From Camelus dromedarius (Eukaryota): DNA of 64,000 bases. The position numbers and the translations under genes are program-made. The stretch spans positions 38,628,001-38,692,000 of the forward strand of contig NC_087447.1 of assembly GCF_036321535.1 (NCBI RefSeq), written 5' to 3'. The notes under the pieces were generated by a model. That model was not told the DNA's origin. It ran no database searches and saw only the letters and a program-made list of their open reading frames with translations. This document shows positions 13,685-26,879 of the stretch, piece by piece (positions within the stretch are counted from its first letter, which is position 1; each line of letters starts with the position of its first letter).

Positions 13685-13807
13685 GAGGGTAGTCCTTTGG
13701 GTGTGTCTTCTCAGACCAATTCCCATAAAATGTGAGTCTGTACTTGGCAGTTCCACAGGCACAGCAGTCTAAGATTGGTTTGTCAGTCACCCCATCAAAT
13801 GTGGAAT
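13685..13807 (-). CDS. SPON1: SPON1 internal coding exon, probably exon 5 (123 bp), linker and start of spondin-N domain
   Basis: ttctttcAG|AT TCC ACA...TAC CCT C|GTGAGT encodes (D)STFDGVTDKPILDCCACGTAKYRLTFYGNWSEKTHPKDYP(R). Phase 1 in matches the G left by the previous exon. Confidence 0.97.
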
Positions 13808-14894
13808 CTGAAAGAATCAAGAAAGTCACCAAGTTAGGAAGCAACTGTAAGTCATTTGTAAAGCAGGGCCGTCTTGGTCTCATCCTGTCTTTAATGCTTG
13901 GGGGGAAAAATGCTGATTAATAACATGCAGGTCCAGTTCCACCTACAAAGGATGGTATATACCTCGAAGGATGGTAACTATATTTTGCAAATGAGAACAA
14001 AATCAGAACTTTTGCTCTAATTATGTGAAGAGACCTACAGGACCAATGAGACAGAATATTTGGGATGGGGGCTATCTAGGTAAAATTTACTCATTTACTC
14101 AGTCACCCTTTCTGGACCTGAATCTCCTTCCCCACCCCTCCCACAATAGGATTTCTCCAACAAATTTTCAGAGGAATATTCATGTGCATGTCTTCTCTAA
14201 GGAATATTCTCTGGAGTCAAACTGCTAGGACCAGAAGAAAAAGCTTTGAAGGAGAGCAATGAGACCAAGCAGAGAGACAAAGAACTGTTGAAAATTATTT
14301 TTAAAAAGATATGCATATATAGTCACATTACTTCTTATCAAGCTTTCAGAGACTTTACTAGGATGGTTGGGGGTTTGGGAATATGTTCATAAGTTCAGAT
14401 TTACTTCTGAGCATAGAAACAGCCAGGGAAAACTCAAGATTCCCTCTCCACCCCCACATTTAGCTGGGAATAGCTGATAAGTGGAGAGAGAGATTACATG
14501 AATAAATTCAGTATTTCCAATTGTCAAGCCCACGTCCCTAACTGTGCACTGTTGCTTTTAGTCGGTTCTGCTTCTTGCAAGACGAAAACAATGTCTCCAG
14601 ATGCAACTTCCTTCAACTGCTTTTTCTTTGGTTCTTCTGGAGGTATTAACACAAATATTCTCTCTCTCTCTCTCTTTTTTTTTTTTTTTTTTTGCAAGTT
14701 GGACATTTATTCTTAACTATTACGTTAAAAGCAGCAACAAAAGAGTATAAAAATCTTTTTGAGTGTCAGGAAGAGCATTTTACAAATCTTATGGAATTCA
14801 CTGGGTGCATTTGGTTTGAATATACAAAATCAGGGATAGGCGGGAGAAGTAAATTCTGGGTTCTAGGATGGAGACACAAGCATGAGACATTGCG

Positions 14895-15115
14895 GTAATA
14901 ACTGCATTGTACAGAGTCCTCGTATGCGCTGATCTCTTTCCACCTATTGTCTCCTTTAATCCTAGGTCAGTACTTTGGTTAATCCCATTTTATGGATAAT
15001 AAAACTGAGGCAGATTAGGTAACCAGCCTAAGGTCACAGGGTTAGTGAGTGGTACAGGCAGAACTGGAGCTCGGGTTTTATCAAGTTCACAGCCCATGCT
15101 TGAATCTCTACACTA
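14895..15115 (-). mobile_element. MIR SINE
   Basis: cccattttatggataataaaactgaggc...cctaaggtcacag is the reverse MIR core. Confidence 0.7.
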
Positions 15116-17384
15116 GATCACTGTTGGAAAGACCTTATGGATAGGTCTGCATAAACACCAATGAGAAATTTTTGTGTATGTTTCTCTTTTTGCTTTTTCA
15201 GACAAAGAATGGTGCACTGAAAAAATTTACCTTCTTACATAGCTCCAGGATTTCTTAACAGGCTAAAGAAGCGATCTGAAACCACCCAAAATAGAAATCA
15301 TTGGCTACTTTTTGTAACTAGGAAGAGGTGAGGGCATTGTCTGTGTTAGAAGCAAGCTTCCCACTGCCTTTCATACAGGAGCCCAGATCTGACTCCTGTG
15401 TGAGCCACTTTGATAGTTAAGAGACAAGCACTATTAAATGTATTTTGGGAAAGGTAACATACATAAATGAGTAACTCCTGAAGATTTTTTTCTTTTTACA
15501 TTTCCCTCATGATCAACTATGTCATAAAAAAACTAAATTAGTCTTGAAAACCAGATTCAGAGCTAAAAGATACGTGCTGAGGTTTCGATTGTAACTACTA
15601 GGCGCTGTTAAATAAGGCAGCAATAATCTCTCAAAGAACCCAAATAACACAAATTGGGAGCTTTACCTTATCAAAACAGGTTTCAGCTATAAGTAGTGAA
15701 CTTAAAGATAACTTCCAGGGGCTCAAGAGAATGCGCTTATAATAAACCCTACGGAATTCCAAAGGAAAATAAGCTTCCATTTAAAAAATGGATTTCTACG
15801 TTTGAAAATAAAAACACACATACCATTTCCTATTGAGGAAAAGCCTACTGAAAATGAATCAGGTTTTTCCGAGGGCAGTGATAACAAGTGTCGAGTTACC
15901 CCTCTTGTCCTAAGCACGCAGGGCCTGCCCGGTGCAGGGAACCAGAGGTCACGCAGCATCGCCTGAGCTGCCCCTCCCCATTTCTACTCTTAACACACCA
16001 GCTTCCTTTACAACTCTCAGCCTTTATTCTTCGTTCCTCTTCCCTTGTCTTCCTTTTCTCATTGCTCCTTCTCTGCCCACAGCCTCCTCTCATCCCTGCT
16101 TTTCCCCTCATCTTTTCCTCTCTCTGTCTCTCTCCCTTAATGTCTGTGACATGGTATTAAAGTGAGTATACATATGCGTTTCTTTAGTACAGGTCACCTT
16201 TTTGAATATTTTCTATTTCTCTGTTCTGAATGGTAAAGAACTCAGTGTTTTGTGTTTCTTTTAAAAAATAACGATTGCTGTTGCTTTTCATCTGTGCGGT
16301 TCTTAGTTTTTCCCCCTATCGATTAATAGCTTCATTTGAGACAAAAAATAATAGATCCCAATTCTTTTCTCCCCTTCCTTGAGAGATCTGATTTGATCCA
16401 ACAAAGAATGTGAAGGCCTTAATGAAAGAGCTGGGTATACACATTTAAGAAAAGTCCTTTCGCTCTATGCTGATGTCTTAAAGACGTTCTTCACGGGATT
16501 TGCTTTGCTAACTGATGGATTTCCTCGGGTCTGCCATCTCCAGGGATCATCTACACTGCACCTAGTGATTCTACAGCTCAGGTCCCACTGGGCCATTTTG
16601 TCCACAAAGTTGCTGTTGGAAAGGGGTCTTTTTATACAGATTTGTGCTTGGTCGTTTTGATAGGATCTCTGCATCCGAAGTGGTAACCAGTAGAGATTTG
16701 CAAGGCCATTTTCTTGACACTGGATATGCAGAAGGTTAGCTATATTCACAGCTTAGACAAGGCTCCCCACATCAGGACTGAGGCTTTGGAAAGTACACTT
16801 TAGTTAATGATTGCTGGCAGTACATGGGGGTGACTGTGGAGTGTCTCCTAGGGACCCTCAAATCTGGGAAGTAAGGCTGTGCTCTGAGAGTCAAACTAAC
16901 ACAACCACACCCCAGTGGCCATGCTTAGCCAACCGTGGGCGGAAACCAAGAGGGGCACCAGAGCACTCATAACCCTAACCCATGGGACCTGGATGTCAGC
17001 TCATGGAGGCTGGGAAGGGATGGGATCATTCTTTAGGAACCAAGAGCCTCAACAGTTGAGATGGTCTGGGTTTGGGGAAAGGCTGAGCAAATTTGTGGAC
17101 TATTATATGTAGGAAAGGAAAGCCCCAGCAGCCGTGTGTGGTGATGCCCCCCTGGAAGCTGCTGGGGTCCCACAGGCTCCAGCTCTCCGGCCCCTTTGGA
17201 AGGCATGAGCCTAATGCAGGAAAGCCAAATCTCTCCCCTTTTGCTCTTTCCATGATCTCCAAGCATTCCTCCACTTCAGACCTAGTTTCTGCTCCAGCTC
17301 ATCTATAGGGAGACCTATGCTTTGATCCACCAAAAGCAACAATTCAAGCTACTGAATTGGGAGGCAGTCACTCTGATAGAAAGC

Positions 17385-17610
17385 CGGTGCTTAGGGCAAT
17401 GGCTCCTAGATCCAAACTCTGTCCGCCCCCACTACTGTACAATGCTGAGCGGGCTATTTAAACTTTTCATGTCTCAGGCTTCTCTCATCTATAAAATAGG
17501 GATGATATAGTAGTCTTTAACATTGTTGTGCAGATTATATAAGGCCTGTGAAGTACTTAGAATGGTGCCTGGCATGTAGCAAGCACTAAAAAAAAATTAG
17601 CTATCATCAT
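17385..17610 (+). mobile_element. MIR SINE
   Basis: ctcatctataaaatagggatgat...agtacttagaatggtgcctggcatgtag. Confidence 0.7.
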
Positions 17611-18617
17611 TATCTTTCCCAGAAGACCTTGATCAACTTTTCTTTTTATTAATAGCTTATGAGCTACGAGAATTGGAGAATTCTTACAGAATTATTTCTT
17701 CTCAAAATGCTAATTGATCTAAATGTAAATAAAGTCTTTAACAATGGATAGAAATGAGAGAATGAAGATGTATAATTTCAGAACATTTTCCATTTTTATT
17801 TAGTTCTCTAATGACCTCTGAACACATTGGATGTTTAAAACCTTAAGTTTCACAGATTAATGCTTTTGGATATACATAACAATAGCTAACACACATAAAC
17901 ATTATAAACATATATGTATGTGTGTGTATGTGTGTACATGTATGTATACACACATACACATATATCTTCACTATGTATCAAGGAGGCATGGTACTATTTT
18001 ACATATACTAAGTCATGTGACTAGGAAGGGCAGAGGCAGGATTTGAACCCCACCTGCCTCCCCAGTCTACTTGGTCTCCATAAACTTTGTTAGAATGCCT
18101 TCAATCCAAGGAGAGGGAATAGATGGACCGGCAAATCCAAGGACCACCTTGGATTGAGGTTAGATCATAAACTCAATACCCCGTTGGCATCTGTTTCCCT
18201 AGAGAAAACCCCCCCATATGGCCTGGGTGCCACATTAGGTTCCTGCTAGTGATTATTCCAGAAAACAATCACAGACTTTTCTAAGGTACACAATTGTGTG
18301 TTCCTAATTAAGTCTTATGAATTATTTCAAGGAATCTCTTCAGAATAATCACTGTTTCACAAAAATAAGAAGACCACGACTCCAATATAAGGTACATTAT
18401 CTCCTACCCAGGGAATCAAGCTGAGTAATTAGAGTTTAAGGCAGATCCAATTATCCACAGCACACAGCCAGATTAAAAATCGGAGCGACGTGAGGAACAG
18501 AACCCGGAGGAACTCAGAAAGCCCAACTGCCTTAATTCCTGCAACTGATGCTTGGACTGAATGAGCCACCTTTCATTTACCTGGCCCTCTCCCACCCTCA
18601 CGTCCACACGTCCTTAC

Positions 18618-18691
18618 CTTGTTCACAAAGTTTCTTTGTCAGGGAGCCCTCATCTTGAAAATAAATGATGCGTTTCTGTACGATGCTAGCC
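18618..18691 (-). CDS. SPON1: SPON1 internal coding exon, probably exon 4 (74 bp)
   Basis: tccccacAG|G GCT AGC ATC...GAA CAA G|GTAAGG encodes (K)ASIVQKRIIYFQDEGSLTKKLCEQ. The first G completes the AA|G Lys codon from the upstream exon. Confidence 0.97.
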
Positions 18692-18889
18692 CTGTGGGGA
18701 AAGAAGACACAAACATGTGGTGAGGAGGGCAAGTCTGGGGGATGCCAGACCATTGCTTGTCCACCTTCAGCTGTGTGGCTTTGGGTGAGTCCCTCTGGCT
18801 CTCTGTGCCTTGGTTTCTTCATTGGTCAGTCAGCATTAATAATAATATCTACCTCCTAGGATTACTATAGGAACTAACAAAATGTATGT

Positions 18890-19355
18890 GAAGATGACTG
18901 GATAAAGAAGTTGTGGTATGTATGTATGTGTGTATATATATGTATGTGTGTGTGTGTATGTATATATATATATACATACACACACACACACATACAATGA
19001 AATACTACTCAGCCACAAAAAATAATAAAATAATACCATTTGCAGTAACATGGATGGACCTATCATACTAAGTGAAGCAAGCCAGAAAGAGAAAAATACT
19101 ATATGCTATCACTTACATGTGCAATCTAAAAATAGGACACAAATGAACTTATTTACAAAACAGAAACAGACTCAGACTAGAAAAGAAACTTATGGTTACC
19201 AGGGGGGAAAATGGGGGTGGAGGGATAAATTGGGAGTTCCAAATTTGTACATACTAAATATTATATACAAAATAAACAAGGTCCTACTGTATAGTGCAGG
19301 GAACTATATTCAATACCTAATTAATAGCCTATAATGAAAAAGAATATGAAAAGGA

Positions 19356-19401
<46 letters not shown>

Positions 19402-19500
19402 ATATATAACAGAATCACTATGCTGTACACCAGAAATTAACACATTGTAAACCAACTATACTTCAATTTTAAAAAATAGTAAAATAAAATTTTAAAATAA
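18890..19500 (+). mobile_element. L1 3' end inserted in a MIR, containing microsatellites
   Basis: gatgactggataaagaagttgtggta...aaccaactatacttcaattttaaaaaa. MIR-like sequence lies at 18760-18890 and about 19550-19610. Confidence 0.9.
19357..19400. repeat. (TCTA)11 microsatellite
   Basis: Perfect tetranucleotide array. Confidence 0.95.
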
Positions 19501-20809
19501 AGTGTACTTATAGATCTACAATACAAAAGTTATATGTTGACATATGAGAAAAAACCCTGTATATCAGGAATTTAGCATACACCTAGAAACAACTCAATAA
19601 ACATTAGTAATGGTGGGGTTGCTCGTGGTGCTAAAGAAAGTGAACTAACAGCATTTTCAACAACTTTTCTCAATGGTTCATTTACTCCAGTTTTGTATCA
19701 AACTATTGAGGCCATTTATAGATCAACCAAATTCAAATCAGGGAAGCATGTCAAATTCTCTTCCTGAAGGGGAAAAAAAAATCCTAAAAATATATTTTGA
19801 TTTGTTCTGAAAATGTCATTCTCTATCTTTCCTGAGAGTCTAGACAAAACTGTCTCCTACGTTCTGAACAAAGACAACTTCAGCTGTTAGAGCTCCCTCT
19901 TCAATGTGTCAAACTCAGGATCTTAGAATCTGGAAAGAATACTTCGAAGTTGAAAAATGACTTGCTTTTGGCCCGCACATATTTTCTCTTTAATCTAGGA
20001 TTGCAGAGACATGCTACTTTTCCTTGAACCCACTCTGCCGTCTATTTGCAGCTGGCCTTGCAGAGACCTGAAACTCAGCGTTCCAGTAATTTGAAAGTCC
20101 ACAACACTTAACGTTGAGACGCTGTTAGTGGATCTTGAGCTGTTTCTATTGATTTTCTTCAGCAATGCTACTCAATCAAAAGGTAATTTTCACTTTGATT
20201 TGCCCTATGTCACAGATAAAGGGAGTCTGGCCACCCTGAATGCGGGGTAGAGTCACAGGGAGCTGCCCTGGGTCACAGGATCTCAGCTCCAGGAAGGGGT
20301 CCACGTGTGCAGGATCTGCAGAGTGCACAGGCGGTTTTCCCCATGGTCTGGGCCTTGGCCAAAATGACTTTCCAAAGGAATGTCTACTGTACACTCAGTC
20401 TCGCCCCAAAGAATAAAATTGAGGCCAGCCTACCGATGTCTTTTACAGTCTTTCCTCTCCCGAGAGAGAAAAGATATTGAAATAAATGAATGAAATAGAC
20501 TTCCTGTCAACACAAAGCTACTGTGATCATTTATCCATTCTGTTGACCATCAAGCAGACCATTTCTTCAGGCCAAGAGAACACTCTGGAGAACGCTCGCT
20601 CACCCCAAAGCCAAATAACAAAGCCTTTTGTTGCTGGAGGATCCCATCACCTACCACTGTGCTTTCAGAATGTTCCCCAGTGAGAAGTGCCTGAGGGAGC
20701 CCTGTGGGGGGCAAGGACTAGGCTTATCGGGAAGTCTCCCAGGCCCTACATTCTTGCTTCAACCTCACTTCAACCCAGAGCAGCTTCCTCTCCCACGTGT
20801 TTTCCTATT

Positions 20810-21360
20810 GTATTTGCTGGTGTATTTTCAACAAATAGTTGTTAGAAGTCTGCTTAGTGGCCAGACATTGGCCAGGAACACTGTCACGAACAAGACAGAT
20901 GGGGCCACTTCCCATTCTCAAGGCTGCCAGCATAGTGGGGAGAAAACATCCAACGATGAAATCTTCAGCTAATCAGTTAACACACCCGTCATTAAGTGCT
21001 GAACGGACAAGCCTATGGGGTGTGGGAGAGTCTAACACAGGGGGCCCTGACCAAGCCAGGAAAGGCTCCCTGCAAAAAAGGTGGCTGAGCTTAGATTTGA
21101 ATGAGTAGAAGCTAATTAGGCAAATGGGAGGGAGAAGCAATGGAGAGGGCATCCTTTGTAAGGTCCTTGAGATGGGGAGGGCCACGGCTCACTGGAGAAC
21201 CATGAGTAGTAAGCCAGGTTCAGAGTGTGAGATGAGCTGGGGAGGTGGGCAGGTCCCCAGCACCCAGAGCCTACAGGGAGATGGCATTTTACCCCAAGCT
21301 TGATGGGAAGTCTTTGAGGAATGAGCCCTGAGGAGTGAGATGATCAGAGGTGCCCTTTTA
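20810..21360 (-). mobile_element. L2 fragment
   Basis: ttcaacaaatag...ggctgagcttagatttgaatgag are reverse L2 motifs. Confidence 0.55.
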
Positions 21361-22045
21361 CAAGAGCATTTGGGCCATAGAGTAAAAATGGACTAGTAGG
21401 TGATGGCAGTATACAGAGCTCCCATGAAAATCAAATTTTGTTTCAATAAAATTCTCTTGATAAAATGGTCTGAAAACACCCAATCTACCAGGGCAAAATA
21501 CAAGCTTATCATGGTATTCAAGGCTGTTCTTAAAATTTCCCCCAAATACCCCTCTGGCTTTATTTATTGCCATTTCACGCCATGCTCCCTGGGTTCCAGA
21601 CTGTGAGAAGTCTATCCCCCTTGTGTGAACACCGCTCCACTACGCCCTTCCCTGTGCTGTTTCCTCTCCCAGCATCTCCTATCACCTGTCTTTGCTCGCA
21701 TCTGTAACAAATGCCCTGAATTTTCTGCCTCCTGCTGCAAATAGGAGAACGATGGCAAAACCTACGCTTTAAAGGCTTGATTATGCTTAGAAAAATTAAA
21801 TCACCTCCACATTTTCCAAAACTATCATCATAAAAATTTGAGGGGCCAGAGGTAGAAAATATGTGTTTCCTATAAGATATCTGTCTCTTTCATGCTTTGT
21901 TTTATAAAGTCAAGGTGGCCCTCTTTTTGATAATAGTTGTATCTCCTGAGCCCTTACTTTGTGCCCGTCACTGGGCTAGGGAGGCCCTTCACTATCGTAT
22001 ATATAAAGATAATCTTTAGCTTCTATATCTTATGCTTTACATATA

Positions 22046-22310
22046 CTACAAGTCCTCAACTTCTTCATCCAAAATCCTTGGACTAGATGTGTTTTAATTT
22101 CAGAGTTTTTCAGACATTAGGAAGTTAAGATGGCAATAGGCCATTAACATCCCCATAATCAAACACACCAATATTCTGCAGCAGAATGTAAGAAGAGTCA
22201 TACTAAGTAAATAAAAGCCATAAACAGCTTCACGCCAGTTTAGGTCAAGTTTGGCAAACTTATCAAAATGCTCTTGTTTTCAGAGGGATGAAGATGAGAG
22301 TTTGTGGCTA
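22046..22310. mobile_element. MER96B-like DNA transposon relic
   Basis: ccataatcaaacacaccaatattctgcagc...gccagtttaggtcaagttt. A related copy lies at 43900-44175. Family name is from memory. Confidence 0.5.
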
Positions 22311-22499
22311 GTTTCACCCCTATCTTACAGGTGTGGGCAACTGAGAAGCAGGGAGGCTAAGTAACATGCTCAAGGTTTTGAAGTTTCTACACCAAAATCC
22401 ACGTCTGTAGTTAGACGGAGGGCCCTGTGACTCAGGAGAGGTGCGAGGGGTGGGGAGTATAGATACGAGGGTCACTGGGGCAGAAGAGCTAAAGCTTTT

Positions 22500-23338
22500 G
22501 AAAGACACACAGATGGCCAACAGGCACATGAGAAGACGCTCAATGTCACCAATTATCAGAGAAATGCAAATCACAGCCACAATGAAGTATTAACCTCACA
22601 CCAGTCAGAATGGCCATCATTAAAAAGTCTACAAATAATAAACGCTGAAAGGGTGTGGAGAACAATCTGGAGATTCCTTCAAAAACTAAAAATAGAGCTA
22701 CCATATGATCCAGCAATCCCACTCCTAGGCTTCTATCTGAAGGAAACTCTAATTCAAAAAGGTGCATGCATCCCAATGTTCCTAGCAGCACTATTTACAA
22801 TAGCCAAGACAGGGAAGCAACCTAAATGTCCATTGACAGATGAATGGATAAAGATGTGCTATACAAATGCTATGAAATATGACTCGTCATAAAAATGAAT
22901 GAAATAATGCCATTTGCAGCAACGTGGACGAACCTAGAGATGATCATATTAAGTAAAGCAAGTCAGACAAAGACAAATACCATATGATATCACTCATATG
23001 TGGGATATAAAAAAGTGATATAAATGAGCTTATCCACAAACCAGAAATAGACTCATAGACATAGAAAACAAACTATAGTTACCAAAGAGGAAAGGGGTAA
23101 GGGATAAATTAGAAGTTTGCAATTAATATATACACACTACTATATATAAAATAGATAAACAGCAAGGACCTACTCTATAGCACAGAGAACTATATTCAAT
23201 ATCTTGTAATAATCTATAATGGAAAGGAATATATATATTATATATATATATATAATATATATATAAATCTGAATCACGTTGCTGTACACCTGAAACTAAC
23301 ATAGCATTTTAAATCAACTATACTTCAATTTAAAAAAA
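22500..23338 (+). mobile_element. 5'-truncated L1 with an internal deletion
   Basis: ORF2 C-terminal remnant (LKIELPYDPAIPLLG...PKCPLTDEWIK). TSD aagagct(a/g)aagcttt at 22484-22498 and 23339-23353. Confidence 0.93.
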
Positions 23339-25444
23339 AAGAGCTGAAGCTTTGGAGTGGCTGACATCGCCCAGGGAAAGTGTGTGGAGTGAAGAGAGAA
23401 GAGGGTCTAGCTGAGCCCAGGACTTTGAAGGCCAGCACTCACCCACAGACAGAGACGCCAGCAGAGACCAAGACTTTGGTCTGCTTGGTTGCAGAAGACG
23501 TTTCTTTTTATTCATTTGGTCAACTCCTGAGAGAATTTTATATTCTGAGAAAATGCATTTCATTTTGAGTCTGTTCCCATCAAAAGTATAAAACTCAGTG
23601 GAGATTTATAAATCATATTATAGTTCGGAAAAATAATAGCTTTACAAGATGAAAATGCTGTTAGTAAGAATTCCCTCAGCATTTCAAAATGACAAATTTC
23701 TCCCATTCTGTGTTGCAATTTGGCAGGCCTGTTGCATAGCATTTATATACCGATACACTGAATGCTCTCTTATCATGAAAGAGCGTGTTAAGGAAGTCTA
23801 AATTAAATTTCTCAGTATGTAAGCTTCTCCAACTTTGGAATATTGAGGTTCTAAATAACTTACTAATCATTTCAAAAGTTTCCTTTTAAGCCTAAAGTGG
23901 AACATTTCCAGTAACTCCATCCTGAATCTTTTGGATGCTCGTATCTTTTCTGTCTGAAGAGTTTCTTCAATTTGCTGTTCTTTGTCCAGTGGGAATATGC
24001 CTGCTGGAGTGAAGTTAGAGTTGGCCAAGTTGTGGGTTTGCTGTCTAGAGCTGAAAAGGCCTGGGATCCCTGCTCCCACTGAAAAGGGACAGGGAGCCTT
24101 TAGAAATTCAAGGATTTGGGAGATCAGGCCATGAAAGGAATTAAGAATACACTGGAGTCCTCTGCGGCTGGGTCACTGCCATGAAGAGACAATTCACGTA
24201 AGGTCCTTATGACACGCACATCGCACAGAGTAAATATTCAGTAGTGGCAGCCACCACTGTGGCTGTTGTTAAATCACCAGCCCCTAACCAAGTGTCTGAC
24301 ACATAAAAGTGCTTCATAAACAGAAGCTATTAAGATTGATGTCAGGTCGGTCTCCTTCGCTTGTGGAGGGAGGAGTGAGCATGCTAACTTGGTCAAATGC
24401 TTTGGTGGAGATAATGAATGACTAAAAGGAAGCTCAGGTTTGTGGTCTCCAGACTACTTTTGCCAACCCTCTTCCCGATTCCAGTAAAATCCCTATTACT
24501 GAGCATTTCTTGGAATACTTTACAAAAGTTGTCTATGATCTCAGGGATGTTTTCCATAGAAGCAATCCAGTTTATAACCAGTAACATCTCCTTCCTTCTA
24601 CCAATGAAAGAACAACTCTGTAGGAGGATGCAAGAATAAAATATTAGAGTCACAGCAATGGTACATCAGGAACCGAGATGCCTTACTTCACTCTGCAAGT
24701 ACGCCAAGTGCTAATCTCCTGTTACTCAGCAAATATTCACAAAAGCTGGGTGCTTCCCCTGATCCAGACTCTTCCCAATCTTTTATATGATTTTATGTGT
24801 ATCTCAAGAAATGCTGTGGTGTCCAGGAGTTAACAGGCTTCTTGAAGCTTAAGGTAATGTGCCCCTGGGAGAGGAACAGCAAAAGCTTATCTGCAGGGCT
24901 CTGTCCATAGCGCAAGAACTCCATAGCTGCCCATCGGTAAGGTCACAGTCTGTGCTTGGGGTCACAAAGCTGTAGATTCAGAGACTGGTATAGTTGTCTG
25001 CCATTACTGCAAAGAAGCAATTCTAGTAAATGCTAGGAAATCTAGCTGCCATGAGATTTCTCCTGCTTATCACTCATTCATGAAATACTTACTGAGCACT
25101 TATTATGTGTCAGACACTTTGCTAGGAGCAGAAATTCAAAGATGAATAAGAGATGGTACCCTCCAGTAAGAAGCTCCTAGTCCAGTGGGGGAAAAGAGAG
25201 AAATAAAAAGGAAACAGGAAGGCAATGTAGAGCGCAATCATGGAGGAGCCATAGGGTGCAGAAATAACTAAGTTCACCCTGGCCAAGTGGCAAGAGGAGG
25301 CAATGACCCCACAGGTCTGAATTGCAGAGGGCATAGAGAATCCAAGAGACACGTTGTAGAAAAATTTCCAAGGACTTAGTAACTTACTGGATCTGGGACA
25401 GAAAGAGGAGGTTGAGTACAAGACCTTTTATTTATTTGTCTGTT

Positions 25445-25585
25445 TAACAGTTAAGCACACTTTAAGTGCTTCATGAATATTAATTCATTTAATCCTTCCA
25501 ACAACCCCATGAGGTAGGCACTAATATTTTCCCTGTTTTACAGATGAGAAAACTGAGACAGATGAGGTAAGTTAACTGACTCCCC
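25445..25585 (-). mobile_element. MIR SINE
   Basis: catttaatccttccaacaaccccatgaggtagg...ttttacagatgagaaaactgag. Confidence 0.75.
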
Positions 25586-26879
25586 ATGGCAAACCCCAAT
25601 GGCCAGAGGGAAGATTGGGGGTGCCAGTGACTGAAACAAAAGAGAGAGGGGCAAGGAAGAATTTTTATTTAATTTTTGGAATTTCTATCGAGATCGTTGT
25701 AGCTTCACATACAGTTGTAAGAAATAGAGAGTATACACTTTGCCCAACTTTCCCTAATGGTAACATTTTGCTAAACTTCAGTATAATGTGATAACAAGGA
25801 AACTGACAATGATGCAATCTGCCAGGCTTGAGACTGGTCACAAAACGGTGCCATAGGATTAGATGAGGGCCAGATCATGCCATTCTACAGAAACTCTGCC
25901 TATGACAAGCTGCCACATTCTAAGACGAAACGTTCCCAAATGACTCTCAGAATACCTACTATGCTAGAACCCCAAATGGAGAATCTCCTACGAGCACTGC
26001 AGTAACTCAGAGGCAGGAGGCCATGATGCCGGAGGTAGAGCTGGGGGACTTACTGGTGGGAATGAGGTCAGTCAGGACACCTTCTTAGAAAGATGCCACT
26101 GGAACTGGACTTGGAACCCCAGAGGTGGAGTCTGTAATCAGGGAGGAGTTTTTTTGCAGGAGTTAGAGCTGCACCTAATCCATGGCCTCGGATGGAACGC
26201 CATCTGCTCCGGGCAGACTTCACCAGAATCTGGGGAATCAGCTCCACGCAGTGCTGCACGTACACTTGCAGCTTAGCTAACAACCAGAATCTGGCTAAGA
26301 GGTCAGTTAGGTTCTTAACAAGACTATATTCCACTCCCAACCTGGAATGGCCAGTGGATTTCTCGAGTTCTTGATTCACATTATTGAACAGACTTACATC
26401 TACAAACCTCTGGTTCAAAGTTCATCAAAAAATAGAGGAAAACTAGTCTTAGTACTCAGTTTATTTCTTCTCAGAATGACCCTGAGGATAACAAGCTTAT
26501 CATGATTCCATTTTCTTTTATTATTGTCCCATTTCAGACATCATTGTCAGATATCTTGTCAATACTATTACTCTAGCACTTTAAATTTTACCCCCTAAAA
26601 ATCCAATGGCAAATTAACAATGAGGAATTGATCTTCATAACACAAGATGTGAAAAGAAAAGACTAAAACTGGATTATGTTTTCAAAGAACTAATTTAGAC
26701 ATGAAAGGCATTAAAACATTTACTCAAGTTTTTATTTAACACAGTAGGTTCCACAAAGCTGTGTCAGGAATTAGAGTTACAAAGATGAGCAAGATATAGT
26801 ATGTGTGACACCAAAGAGCTGACAGCCAGATAAGGGAGAGATATGCATCACAATACTGCATAGCAACTAGTAGAGTCTA

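Larger units (their letters stand above)
13808..18617 (-). other. SPON1: SPON1 intron (4,810 bp, GT-AG, phase 1)
   Basis: Donor GTAAGG at 18617 and acceptor CAG ending at 13808. The G|AT Asp codon spans the junction. Confidence 0.93.

Noticed and set aside
13677..13883. Supplied ORFs 13677-13883 and 18598-18822 as stand-alone genes
   Set aside because: Only the parts between splice sites match SPON1; the rest is intron read-through.
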